Shown piece by piece: positions 25,711 to 39,700 of a stretch of DNA of 64,000 nt. Every line of letters starts with the position of its first letter. Positions within the stretch are counted from its first letter, which is position 1. The DNA is taken from assembly GCA_016748015.1 (NCBI GenBank), contig JAAOMT010000660.1, positions 201,875 through 265,874 of the forward strand. Direction: 5' to 3'. The stretch comes from Geosiphon pyriformis uo1 (Eukaryota > Fungi > Glomeromycota). A program made the translations under genes and the position numbers. Under the pieces are notes generated by a model, which worked only from the letters and a program-made list of their open reading frames with translations, had not been told where the DNA came from and searched no databases.

Positions 25711-28700
25711 AAAATAGAAGTACAATTAATATAACAAAAAAAAACTATTAATAAAAAGAAATTATCTTTACCAATTAATCTATTTTTATTCTATTATATA
25801 ACTAGTATATATTAATTATAAAAAGGAAAGTAAAGGATTAACTTCAAATTTTTGAAATGGAACCAAATATTTGTAAGTCAGAAAAAATTGGTATTATCAA
25901 TCTTTATATATTAGCCAAGAACCATAAACACATTAAAATTCCAATATATAACATAACTGAAGATTCTATAGAAATACCAAATAAAACTATTATTAAATAC
26001 TTAAACATTAAAGTTGAAAGTTAACTACCAACAATCATTCTAGATTTTCTACAACTTTGCAAATATATGAATATTACATTACAAATAATTTACAGACAAA
26101 AAAAGTGTTATTTGCTATAACCAGAACAATTAAAACAAATAAACTTAAAAAATTTAGATCCACTTTAATATATGCAACTTAAGATGCTACTTAATAATTT
26201 TACTAATATCTTAATAAAAATAAATTTGACAGAATTAATATCATATAACATTAAATTAAAACTGAAGATATAATACCAATCAAACAAAAAACATACAGAA
26301 TACTACCTACCAATTATAAGATCATCTGACAAGAAATCAACCAAATATTAAACAATATATTAATTTAACTATTAATAAATTCATGTTCTTTACCAATAGT
26401 ACTTGTTCAAAAAAAGAATAAGATCTGCTTTTGTGTAGACTATTAAAACTCAACAGTATTATTTATGAAGCAGCTATCCAATTCCATAGATCCAAAAGTT
26501 ATTCAATACTTTTGAAGAGAAGAAATGGTTTTTAACATTAAACTTAGATAGTAGTTATTGGCAAGTAGTCATAAATTTAACCAATAAAAAAAAGACAGCA
26601 TTTACAATTAGAAAAAAAAAATTTGAATTTAACATTATGTTTTTTGGCTTAATCAATGTTTTAGCCACTTTTTAATAACTCATGAAAATTGTTTATACTG
26701 GATTACTATAAAAATTCACAGAAGTCTATTTAAATAACACCAATATATTCTTCAAAACATTTGATAATTATTTCTATCATCTCTAGTAAGTATTTAAAAT
26801 ATTAAAAAAAGCAAAGCTAAAGTTAAATGCCACTAAGTATTTCTTTGAAAAAACAAAACTCAACTTTTTGGGACATGTTGTAAGCAAAAACAGCATAAAA
26901 ACAAATTCAGACAAAATTGAAATAGTCAAGAACTTTTCAGTATCAACAAATTTTACAAAATTAAAAGCATTCTTAGAATTTACTAGATATTATTTCTGCT
27001 TTATTCAAAATTTCTCTAAACTGGCTCAACTATTTTACCAGTTCTAAGCAAAAAACATTAAATATAAATGAACTAAAACTCAATAAGAAGCTTTTAATAT
27101 CTTGAAAAAAAAGCTTATTTAAGCTCTAGTATTAATTTATTCAGATTACAGCAAACTATTTATCATTACTACTAATGTATTTGGCCAAGTATTAAAAACT
27201 GTATTGTCATAAAAAAGAGCCAATAAATGAAAACATCTAGTGATATATGCCAGCCAAAGTTTAAGTCTAACCGAAAAAAATTATAGAACTTTAATATTAG
27301 AACACTTAGCTATCTATTTGGCTATTATTAAATAAAAAAAATACTTGAATTAAAAGTTTGATATGTATACTAATCACAAGAATTAACATCAATCTAGAAA
27401 CAAAAATTTGGAAATAATTGTCATATAAGATAAAAAATAGAACTATTATTATTTAATTATATTGTATATTATAAAAAGAAAAAAAAAATAGAAATACTGA
27501 TGGCTTATTATAAATGAGACAAATCTAAAAACATTTCAACCCAAAAATATAATAAAAAATAAACACACAAAAATACTAAAAACTTCAATATTATATTAAT
27601 ACTTAACAGTTCAAGAAAAAATTATCTCAAAAAAAACAAAACAATATAAAACAACAATTAAAATATCTTATCACTTATCAAAATATACTATATTAGAAAA
27701 CCAAAAAAAATTCAAACAAGCCACTTAGAGTATTACAAAACCAAAGAAAAAAATAATACTGTTTAACATATACTTAAATTTAACAACAGAATATTTTCAT
27801 AAAAAAGCAACCATAAAAAAAACCAGAAAAAAATACTATTGGCTGTCTATGTATTCAAATATTATCTAATATGTTTAAAATTGGAATGCTTGTTAAAGAA
27901 AAGGAAGAACAAAACCCAGTAAACCACTAAAACCAATTAAAATAAAACAACTATTTAATCAAATTAAAATTAACTTAGTTAGATTATTAACAATAACCAA
28001 CAAAAGCAATCAATATATAACAGTAATCATGAACTATCTTACAAAATAGCCTAAAACAAAAGCAATTCAAAGAACAAATGCAAAATTTGTAGCCAAATTC
28101 ATATACCAAGATTTAATTTGTCAATATAGATGTTTAAAAAAATTGTTATTAGACCAGAAAACTTACTTTGTAAACAAAATATTAACAAAATTAAGTCAAA
28201 AATTTGGAATTAAGAAACTATTATTATTATTATATTATTTACAAACAAATGGCTTAATTGAAAAGTTCAACAGAACATTATGTAAAACAATAGCCAAGAT
28301 TAGCCAAAAAATTCAAAACAAATAAGATTTGTTTATATTATCAGTATTATTTATTTATCAGACAATAAAACAAGATACTACACAAACAATATTATTTAAA
28401 TTAGTCTATAGTAGAACAGCCACAATATCAATTAAGATAAATATTAATACATATCTAATTAAACTAATAATAAAAGTCAACTTTCAAGAAATATTGCTGA
28501 AAAAAACATATAACTTAATAAAAACTTTAAAAAACAAAAGACAAAGAGCAGCTAATAACATATAAAAGTTATAAGCAAAACAAAAAAAATGACATAATAA
28601 CCAATTATCAAATAAACCAGTTAAATTCAAAATTAAAGACAAAGTATTTTGATATTATACCAAAATGGAAAAACAATGGAGTGAAAAATTTGACCCCAAA

Positions 28701-29658
28701 TAAAACAGACTATTTCATATTAAAAAAATTCTAGAAAATAGAACTAATAAATTAAAATAAAACAAAATTTTAGCTAAAGTAGTATATAAAAATTAACTGA
28801 AACCATATTATAATATAACATAATTATTTACTAATAATATTTCATAATTAGAAGTACAACAAATATTAGTCCAATCAGATAAAATTCCATAATATCTAGA
28901 CCAATCATAATTATTAACACAAACACATTAAATTAATTTACAAAAACAATATATAAAAAATTAATACATGTAATGAAAGCAAATAAAAAAAATTGAAATT
29001 ACTAATAATATTTACTCATTTGTACAACAATTATTACAACTTATCCAATATTAAAAAGTAAGTCTAGAAATTACTATTAACAAATAAACAATTCAATATA
29101 AAAACAAATAAAGAAATCAAAAATCTCAAAAAAAAGAACAATATTTCAGATATCATACTTCTGGAAATCTAGTGAACAAAATAATAGAAAAAGTAAAAAA
29201 AACATTAGAAACTTTAAAAATAGTAATATCAGATAAAAAAATAATATTAAAAAATTAAAACCAATAGATACAACAAATTTCCAAGAACTTTTGCTACTAT
29301 TAGTTAGAACAAAAACTAAATATTCAGAACTTATATACAAATAAAACCAAAAAAATATTTAATATAACTATATTACAACAAATTAAACAAGTTGTAAAGA
29401 AAAGCAATTTATTTACATGTCCAAAAGCCATCTACTAACTACAAATAAGATTTCAGGACTAGCCAGAAATATTGTTATACTCAACAATGAGTATAGTAAC
29501 TATTAATCAACTGGAAAATTTAATTAATGCCCAATTCAACAAATTACAGACCAAAATTACAAAAGCAATTCTCAAAAAAAGTTATGGAGCTAATTCAAAA
29601 AAGAAATTTAAGAGATTTAGGAGATTTTAACAAAGCTCAATATTAAAAAAAAGAATAA

Positions 29659-30021
29659 TGTTGTTTATAGAAATTAAGAATTATAATAAGTAAATAAAAT
29701 AGCCAATCAGAAATAAATATAATAAAAAAAAAATTGCAAAATTTTAGAATTTCAGAATTTTAGTTAAAAAAATTGAAAAATTTCAAGAAATTTTATATAA
29801 CATAAATTATGTATATATATTAAAAGTGTTAAAAGCAAAAAAAGTATTCAAAACTCAAACAGTAGCTAGCAATAATTATTTATCTTATATCTTTCCTTCA
29901 AAAAATAGTTTTCTATAACTTGAAATAAAATCACATTAATATCAATAAAATATCTAATTAACATCCAATCCATATTATAATTGTTTGATTAAGAATATTA
30001 ATTACTTTTTTTATTATCAAC
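29659..30021 (+). repeat. 3' LTR of element B (5' part only; interrupted by LINE2)
   Basis: Follows the purine tract aaaaaaaagaataa and matches 19034-19430. Confidence 0.85.
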
Positions 30022-33000
30022 TTTTTTTATTTTTTATTTTTAATATTTAATAAATGAAATCCAAACACTACTTAGTACAATACATTATACAAATGATTTA
30101 AACTAGGTGTGAATTATGCATTTTCCACACATAACTAGCCACTAAGACCAATCATAACAACACTAAGCACCTATATAAACAGAGACTACATTCCCTATAC
30201 CTGAGAAAAACAAACAAGATTTACAAAATCCAAAACTCACACTTACTGTTTCAGTTACACCCAATAATTTAACCATACCAGCTGAAAGCATTAAAGAAAA
30301 ACCCAATACCAGAACAGAAATAAAACCATTATGTAGAATTAAACCATTCTTTTCTATAAATACATGGTGCTTGACATGTACTAACCAGATATCTTTCTAG
30401 AATGCAAGACAGAATTCATACACAAAATTCACAATATGTTAACTTACAATCTTAGAATTTTTGAAAACTAAAACAGATTTATGATACCAATTATTAAAAA
30501 CAAAACCCTTAAACAGTGTCATGCTAACCACAACATCTGGAAACACAAGTAGACAACAACTGTAAAACACAAAAAGAAGAATAAGGTAAACCAAAATGCA
30601 CATTCCAAACAGATACATAAGTATTTAATAGCCAAGTATGATCAGCAGCATCAAATAGGCAGAAAAAGGCAAGGTCGGATATTTCAATATCACCACAGAA
30701 CAAGCAAATTACACTGAAGTAATACTTATTATATAATTGTTTACATACAGCAACAGGAAGCCGATAATAGAAAGTTTTCATGAAATATATTTAGGAACCA
30801 GCAGTCTGTTTACTAGTGAAACCAGCCACCAAGTGAGAATTATAATGTCACACCAAAGATGACCTGAACCAATTAATCTCTACACACATACTATTCATAA
30901 TCATCTGAGAACCAGAACCAGTTCCCAATGTGCACAATTAACAAACCAAAAAATCTCTCGAACAAAATGTCTAAAATTACTAGAAACTGCAATATCACTA
31001 GCCTTAAAATAACTTTCACTAATTAAATAAGATAGATGCCAATTAGAAACAGCAGCTGCTTTGGCAAACATATCAGCATGCTTATTGTCAGAAATATCAG
31101 AGTGACCCCTAATCTTATGCCAACTGACATCTAAATTTTTATGACAAATGGTGCCTATAATATGACAACATTCAATCCAACACCAATTCCTAAAATCCAG
31201 ACAAATTGATTTTAAATTTGATCTACATGCATCCAAGGCAGCCTGGTTGTTCATAAACAGATCCACAGAATAAAAAGGGGAAACACACTCAAGAGCTAAA
31301 GCAATAGCTTGCAGTTCTGCCATGGTAGAAAACAACAGACCAGAAACTTGTACACTCAAACCCAAATTAACATCCTCAAAAAAAACAGCTGCACCAGTCT
31401 TTACATCAAGAGTTCCCAAGCCACTCAAAGATCCATCTGTATAGACAGAAAAGCAACTCATATTAGTATGTAGCAGATTGTTTTTGATGATATCAAACTC
31501 ATAAAACCACAAAATATCTGAAGAACCATGATCATTCAAAAGTGAAGAACTGATAGAAAGAATAGTAACACAACCAAAAAATTGAACAAAAAGTTCAAAC
31601 CAAATAGAAACAGGGCCATAAAAGTCCAACTGCTTCCACTACTTAAAAGTCTTTTATTTAAAAACAGCACCATTCTAGTCATGCAACTGGTCTATAAAAG
31701 CAATACTATAACATTAAAGTAAAGAGATACACTTAAGATAAGTTGACTTATCAAGGACAAGAGACATAAGAGTCTTATCTCGAAGACAGAAAGCACTGAT
31801 CAGAGAGTTGCCCAAAGACAAATTATACTCAGAAAATATGTGCACTATACCTGCCAGAAAGTTATTTGAAAGATTAATACTAACATGAACCAGAAACTGT
31901 AAAGAGTGAAGTGAATGCCAGCTGAGAACCTGAAGATCATAGGACCTATAAGAAAATAACTTGCCTAAAATACCAACTGAATTTGCAAAGGAAACAACTA
32001 AAACTGATTTGTTCTTAGCCTAAACTTGTTCAAACATTTTCAAACTATACAAAAAAGAATGATAGATTGTGTTATTGGGGAAATTAAATGACAGACCAGA
32101 CTTAAATTTCAAGCTTTTGCAAATAAAAGCATCTCATTTATTATACACACCAATAGGAATAAAACTAAATTGAGTCCTATAACTTATGATTGGGTAAAAA
32201 ACTGCAGACACCAAATATGCAAACTGTTTATTTGAGATTGCCTTCTTTAAAACAAAATTGACAAAAAATCGAACATCTGAATGAATCTTAGCCATGCTAA
32301 GTTTTGACAAACTCTCAAAAAACAAAAAGATACCCAGATAGTGATGTGACTCTCCTTTTTTGGCAACAAAAATAGGCAAGCCACTAATAGTTAGATAAGG
32401 GTCTTTGATCCAATAGTTGATAGAGATGGCCACAGTCTTGTCATTATTGATAGAAATGTTATTAAACCAAAAAAATTCACTTGTAATATTGAAAATATAT
32501 TGCATAGCAGCTTGGCTACTACCAACTCAGATTGTATCATTGACAAAAACACCAGTAGCAAAAAATGAGGTCAACTTGACTTGAGATTTTGCTCTACTAG
32601 TTTTGAAAATAAAATAAGAATTTAATCTATAACTATATACACTCTTTTGTCTCTTAATCTTACACAGGAGTAAATTATAGAATATGTATCATAGAAGAGA
32701 CGAGAAAATCTCCTCTTGATCTAATCCATCATGAACATAGTATTTGCCAGTTAGGCTGAAATCTGTTATTACTTTGTTAACACAACTATTGTGAAGATCT
32801 CCAAAAAATCTAATAAATTTGTTACATATCTTGATTCTTATTAAACTCTTTCTAAGATGTTTCCAACCAACAGAGTTATAAACCTTATATATGTTCTGCA
32901 AAACCAACCAAAGTTCTTGATTTTTTTCTAAAGCATCTTTAATAACAGAACCAACAGCAAAAATAAGAGATTGTGTCATCATATCTCTTAAAACAGAAAA

Positions 33001-35780
33001 ATTATCCCCATAGAAAACATTAAAAGTGCTATATACCAGAAAAATTCTGTCAAAAAAAATCTTAGAAAGGATCTTGCAAGCTGTTTCAATCAGAGCAATG
33101 GGATGGGTATTTGTAAGAACACTTTCCTATTTATAAAGTTTGGGAATCATTAAGACCAAAGCTTTTTTCTAAGACCTAAACACCAATTCACAAGTTAAAC
33201 AAAAGTTCAAAGCACCAACAGCATATTTAACACCAACTTGTCATAATGCTTTTACAACTTATTTGGGATGCCAGAGAGATTGGTTGCTTTCCCATTTAAC
33301 AGATTTAAGACCACAGCAGACATTTCATCAAACTCAATTGGACACATTATATTAGAAAAAGCATCATCAAAAACATAATCCAAAGGCTGATATTGGTGAG
33401 ACCAATCATTAAAAATATCAGATACCACTTTACACTTTCTAGTCCATTCTTCCATAATTAAATCTATCTTAGATTTAACTAAATCCGGCTCTAGTATCAA
33501 TTCATTATCTACAATCAAATAATCCAGCACTATTTTATGAAAAGAATGCTCCAAAACACTTCTGATAGTGTAATCCTTGTCCAATTCAAAATTTTCCATT
33601 TTTTTTATTAACAGCTGCCTTGATGCAATACTCTTTTACACACTTAAACTTCAACATCTTAGAAGAGTGGTAAAACTTTTTTGCCTTAGTCAGAGCTAAG
33701 CAAATTGTGTCAAAATTAGATTCCAAAAGAAACAAAGATTTTACTGCCAATGTGTCAGCTGTGTCAAGTCCATCTCATGTATTCAATAGTGCTGCAAAAT
33801 CTTTATTAGAAGCCAAACAAGAAGTTTTAACCAGCTTGAACACCAACAACTTCAGCCTATAAAATCTAGAAAACTCCTTGGTGAAAACTTCATCATAACT
33901 CTTAAACTATATCTTTCTGAATATCTCATTAGCTAAAAAAGTTATTATTTTGTGAATGACATCCCACATTGCATTCAGATCTGCAAACTTCACAGAAACT
34001 ACAAACTTGCTAAAGAGCATTGCTGTATTGGCTGCTGTAACATTTTTGAAATTGTTTTATTCTGTATTACCAGCACTCTTAAAATCAAATTTCTATCAAT
34101 CCCTATTAGCTTGCTTGTGAATAGAGTTCAACTGTATATCCAAAAGCCCACCCAAACTTATAAATACAAAAATTGCTTGGTAATTAGTGTCAAAGTGTTT
34201 ACTGACATTCATAATACTGCAATTTATCACCACATTAACCAAATTTGAAAAAATAAACATGTAATCAATTGTCTTTTCTGAACTTCTTGAATTATTCCAA
34301 GTTGGAATCTTAGCACACAGACTTTCTGACAAAGAATTAACCAGTCCTAAATTAAGGCACTTCTTAAAATTTGCATATCTGCAGAAACCATTCTCATTAA
34401 AATTCCTACCCAATATAACAAAAGATAACTCATTTACAATTTTAGCTATCAGAGAATTAATATTACCAGCCTAGAAAAAATAAACAGCCAAGGAAGCACC
34501 AGCATAAAGTCTTAGGATTGAAACAGAAAGTTTATTCTTGAAAAACAACTTGATAGAAAGAAGCTGACAAGACATTTCAGAAACTTTATACACATGATGA
34601 GCCAGAGAAGTGTTCATGATAATTGCCACTCTAGCACCAAAAAATCCCTTGTCTAACTCATATGAAAAAACTCTAATCCCATTGAACCTATTCTTAACCC
34701 ATAGCCTACAATTAGACCTTAATTTTGTTTCTGTAACAATTAAAACCAAATTCCCAGAATCTCTATACCAACAAATAATGTCTTTCTGCTTAGAAAAAAT
34801 ATTAATACCATGAACATTACATATAACAATCCTTTATACAAAATCACTCATTGGAAAGTAAGGGAAGCTGATGAACCCAAAACAGAACACAGGTAATCCA
34901 ATCTCTCCAAACTGATTCAATTGACACTTCTAAAGCCACCATTTTAGATTCTAATTTACTCATCTTGGTGGTTAAAACCTTAGAGCTGTTTGAGCTAAAA
35001 TCAGCAACTGTGTCTACAATAACCAAAAGAGGAGGGGCAAAAAACATCAACATATCATTAAGAGTCATATCTAAATCCAAATTAAAGACCAAACATACTT
35101 GAGTGACTGAAGAAAATAAATGAAATGCATTTACCAGGGGCACCAAATCAAAAAAGTTCAGCTTTTTTATGACAATAGAAACCTGATCTAACAAAAGCTC
35201 CAAAGAGCATTCTAAAGAAGCCAAACAATCAATCAAACAAGAATCACCAAAAGAATTAGAAACCATTGAAATAGGTTTTGCACTTAACAACACACTAGCA
35301 CCAAAAGAGTCTGATGAAATAGCATGAGCAGAAAAACCACCAGCAATCTAGACTCAAGTCTTGCCACTAAAAAAAACTGGACAAGCAATAAGTGTCTGTT
35401 TCTTTTTATAAATGTTGGCCAAGTAGACACTATTTTGAGAAGTTATCATTTGCTTATTACAACCACCAGAATTTTTACCAGCCAAACATACATCAAAAAT
35501 ATGATTAAATTGTTTACACTTGGCACAACAAGCCAGAGAAAAACCAGCTCAGCATAGATTCACACTTTTAAACACTAACAAAAAGCCAATAGCAGCATCT
35601 TTTAACTTCCCAGAATCAAAACAGACAACAGCACATCTATCATGAATATATGTAACTGGATTATGGCCAATGATACAAGTTTTTCCACCATAAGATGCCA
35701 GCAATTCAAACAAATTATGTACAGTTGTACCAATTGGCAAAGTATAGAGCAAAGCCCTATAACAATTTTTGAATACCCAC
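30022..35780 (-). mobile_element. Degenerate LINE (LINE2), same superfamily as LINE1; 5' part of ORF1 missing
   Basis: A-tail seen as a T-tract at 30022-30041, with a 3' UTR similar to LINE1. ORF2 is complete and the ORF1 C-terminal part extends to 35780, where the LTR of element A begins. Confidence 0.92.
30163..34851 (-). pseudogene. LINE2 ORF2 (APE - RT - RNase H - CCHC)
   Basis: ATG at 34851 (MSDFV.RIVICNVHGIN). Contains VTETKL, TIDYMF, LQNIYKVYNSVGW and GLDQEEIFSSLL. Clear RNase H: VYTDGSL...AELQAIALALE...HKIRGHS..DNKHAD (~31000-31450). C-terminal CLFCGDIEISDLAFFC. Confidence 0.9.
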
Positions 35781-36291
35781 TGTTACTCATAGAAATATAG
35801 GAAATATATTAGCATGATTATTAGCCAATCAGAAGTAGGCATAGTAAATATGGAATTCTAGGATTCTTCTCAGGAATTGCAAGATTCCAGGAATTTCAGG
35901 ATTCTTTGATGAGGAATTGCAGGATTTCAGGAATTTCAGGATTCCTTGATGAGGAATTACAGGATTCCAGAATTCCAGGATTCTTCTCAAAGGAATCACA
36001 GGATTCCAGGAATTCCAGAATTCCTGTTATGAAGAATTAAGGAATTGAGGAATTTCAATTATGTATATATAGCAGCAGGATTAGAAGCTGAAAAAACAGA
36101 CCTCTTAGTTTAGATTTAATCTAAGCAACTCTCCAAATCACAAGCATCTAATAAATAACTATTTGTTATCTCAAACCTATTTCTACTATTAACACTTCAT
36201 GTTAATAGTAATTAATACTTAACCACACTGGAACAATAACTCTTGATCATGGCTATTGATGGAATACTAACTTGCAAATCGCCTTGGCTTA

Positions 36292-36334
<43 letters not shown>

Positions 36335-36739
36335 CTTTTTTTGTCTTATTTGTATGGAGCAGCAACATAGTAAAATTGACTGTCTGAGAATAGACTTCGT
36401 AATAGCCTGGTAAAAAAAGGAAGCTCCCTCTAAGTTTTGGATATTAACATTATCTTGTTAGCTTACCAAAAAGGCAAAAAAACAATGCCAGACTCTAATG
36501 ACTGTGTTCATAAGCTCGGAAAAGAAAGCTCACATTTATGAAAAACATTGCAATTGACGAAAAACAAACTCTGTGCCTTATAACCAAAGAACTCAATGGG
36601 TAAAATTCACATCCAGAAATAGATCTTCAGAGATTGATAATCAAGACTAAGTCAACAGAATTATGTGGAAGATGCATCATCAATAATTGAGAGCACCAAA
36701 CATTACTATTTCCCATACTCACCAAGTTTATTCGTAACA
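35781..36739 (+). repeat. 5' LTR of element A
   Basis: TGTTAC...GTAACA. U3 has ggaattccaggattc repeats (35850-36056), TATA at ~36063, hairpins, and a T-tract at ~36292-36342. Confidence 0.92.
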
Positions 36740-36741
36740 TT

Positions 36742-36758
36742 TGGTACTCCCTATAAGA
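36742..36758 (+). promoter_or_regulatory. Primer-binding site, consensus TGGTGCTCYCTGTGA
   Basis: Lies 2 nt after the LTR end in all four 5' LTRs: 19870 (tggtgctttttgtga), 36742 (tggtactccctataa), 45571 (tggtgctctccc) and 63787 minus (tggtgctctctgtga). Confidence 0.85.
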
Positions 36759-36795
36759 TTATAAATCTACAAAAACAGAGCACTCCCAAAAATAC

Positions 36796-39700
36796 ATAAA
36801 AGTGGTGACTATTAGAACAATAGGAAAGGATCACTTCTCATATGGAAAAACACTATTTCAATACTTTCGAAAAGACCTAGGAATACCAGCAGAAACTGCT
36901 TATGCAGAAAGTGATTTTTGTAACTATATTAACGCAAAAATTGACTGCTTGTTAGACCACACAACTGATACAGGAAGACTTGGAGAACAAATCCATCAAA
37001 GCTTACTAGGGTACTCAACAGCCACAACTACCCGAGCAATCGCTGAAACTCTGTACATAATCAATACAGACATTAAATATTATGTGGCACAACGATTCCC
37101 TCAAGTACAACAACCAGTGGAATTTGATCTTGAGAAATACGAAAACGAATCCAACAACCCCATAACTGCCCAAGCCAAGTCTACAGTCAACAAAAAACCA
37201 AGGGTCTTCTCCCCAACAACTTCATCATACCATCAGACACCCTAAAGTAGAATTGTATTCAACCCACCTCCAGAAACCCAGTCGGAAACACCACAAACTC
37301 CTGGAAATTCACACCCTTGGAATCAACACAGTTGGACCAAATCACTAGGAGAATACGGATTGCTGTTTAGGAATCTTACCCCAGCAGCCAGTCAAACAGA
37401 AAGAAACCCGTCAACTTGGGAACAATCACCAGCACAAAACTTAACAGAATTAACATCTCCTCTGACAGAAAAAACAGCTATTTTACAACCTATTGGTTCA
37501 AGTGACAAAGGAAAGCAACCAGCATTAGCACCCAGAGAACACTCAAATACATAGACACCAATCTCTTTAAACATAACCAATAACATCCCACCCATTAACT
37601 GGATCATGACTTACCGGGATATTGCTAAATTAGAAAAATTCTCTGGTGAAAAAGATAATGCATATTTTTGGATCGTGGACACCGAGAAAACAATTACTGC
37701 TAATGGTTGGAACAATGACCACACAATTCAGGCACTGCCATTCTTTCTGACCGAAACTGCCAATTCGTGGTACCAAAGTCTGACAGAGAAGCCTACCTCT
37801 TTTACCGAGTTTAAACTCGCATTTCTGCAATACTTCTGTGACCCCAATACATTAATCTGATTGCAGAATCAATTCAGCATAATTAAACAAAAAGATCATA
37901 AAGCAGTAACTACTTATCTTGGATGATTTAATCAAATCCTGCGTCAAATATTAGCTATCAAAAAAGACTACTACACTGTGGCACAAGTTTTTAATCAATT
38001 CATTAAAAGATTGTGGAATAATATTCTAAGATCCGTAAGACCCTGCCATCCGATCAGTTTACAAGATGCCATCGCTCTCACTTGCAATTTTGAGTCTGTA
38101 AAACAAGAAGCAAACCATACCTAAGCCATTAATTTAGCCATTAATGGAACCTCTGACATCGATGTAAAGATAACCCAATTGAGTGAGAAACTAACTCAGA
38201 AAATTGAGAGATTCTTAGCCGGAACTACAGAAACTTACCAATCATCCCAACGGAGAGAAAATAACAACAACAGCAGATACCTACAGCAACAAAATCATCA
38301 GCAACAGCAACAACCTTGAAGATCCAATCCCCACAACTGTTACTACTGCCAGAAACCTGGACACATCACCTGTGACTGCAGAAGGAAGATCATAGACCAA
38401 AATCAATGAAATCCATACCAGCAATTCAAATATCAGCAAAACATGATACCTCAATATTTTATACCTCAGAATCAACTGCCCCTATACGCACAACAAGTTC
38501 CGTACACTCAACTACTGTCCCAGAATTATTATCAACCACTACCAATGACACAAGCAATCCCTCACTATCAAACTTCCGCTTACAGCCCATCCAGACCTTG
38601 AGCTATAGACTATAATTAGAGATGGAAGAATCCTAACAACAATCAGATACAAACCAACAGTGGACTATCTCGACCAATTGCTTGTGGTCCTGCCCAATCT
38701 TGACTAACACCAACTGGATACCCGAATCAAGCTTCCTATTTTGGTCTTATGGAAGATCAGGATTTTGATAAATTTACACCTGTGAAAGGGAGAGATATAG
38801 AATGAATCTCCCAACCTTCCAAGCAAACAAAAAGCAATATCCCACCAGCCACTATTACTGAAGACACCATCCTAGCCACCATATTTCCTTTTGACATTGA
38901 TAATTTGAACACCTATAGTCTTTTTAGTGAAACAGCCATCAATCAGAATAAATCAATAATGGCCCTATACACCGATACCAGAGTCGGAGGAATAGACATT
39001 AAATTAATTCTGAATAGTGGATCAGCTGGTAGCATAATCATGAAGCAGCTTATGGACCAACTAAGTCGCCGAGTAGACCATGCTGCTACTGCTTGAATCA
39101 TTACAGCGGATGGAAACACAAAAACCCCGATAGGAGAAATTGACAACTTCTCTTTCAAGATTAATGGAATCCAAATCCCTACCAAAGTACTTGTTATGGA
39201 AGCTACTCAATATCAAGCTCTAGTAGGAAACAACTGGTTGTCAAAAGCCAATGCTATTCTCGACTGGAACACCCAAGAACTTCAACTCACGTTCAACGGA
39301 CAGCATGCCTAAGTCCCAGCTACATGCAGACACTTTAAAACCCAACGTACCAAGAAACCCCTTATTGAATTCGAAGACACATCAATGCCACCTACTATCG
39401 AGACCTATCAGATTTTATGGGCGGATGATTATCGAACTGAACTACCCCCACCACCAACCTGAGAAGAAAAAAAAAAAGGCAGAGCTGAAGAAAAACCCCA
39501 ATTGTCATCACTAGGATACGTAACCTCAGACCAAAGAAACTTATTTTACCAACTCCCAAGACTAATATGTGTTAATTGTGGAAAAAAACTATCCACTATG
39601 AATGCATGTATCGGAGACAACAAAAAATGGCCCACCGCCACCAAATACTATTGCAGACCTTGTTTACTAGAAAGATTTGGATGACCAAAATAACAAAGCA

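Larger units (their letters stand above)
19034..30021 (+). mobile_element. Ty3/Gypsy LTR retrotransposon B (old, strongly mutated; dUTPase-bearing lineage)
   Basis: 5' LTR 19034-19867 and PBS at 19870. gag with decayed CCHC ~21380, PR ~22030-22330, Cys-rich region, dUTPase ~25290-25710, RT ~26280-27000, RH ~27130-27528, IN ~27559-28900, ORF3 ~28980-29645. PPT, then a 3' LTR from 29659 cut by LINE2 at 30021. Confidence 0.9.
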
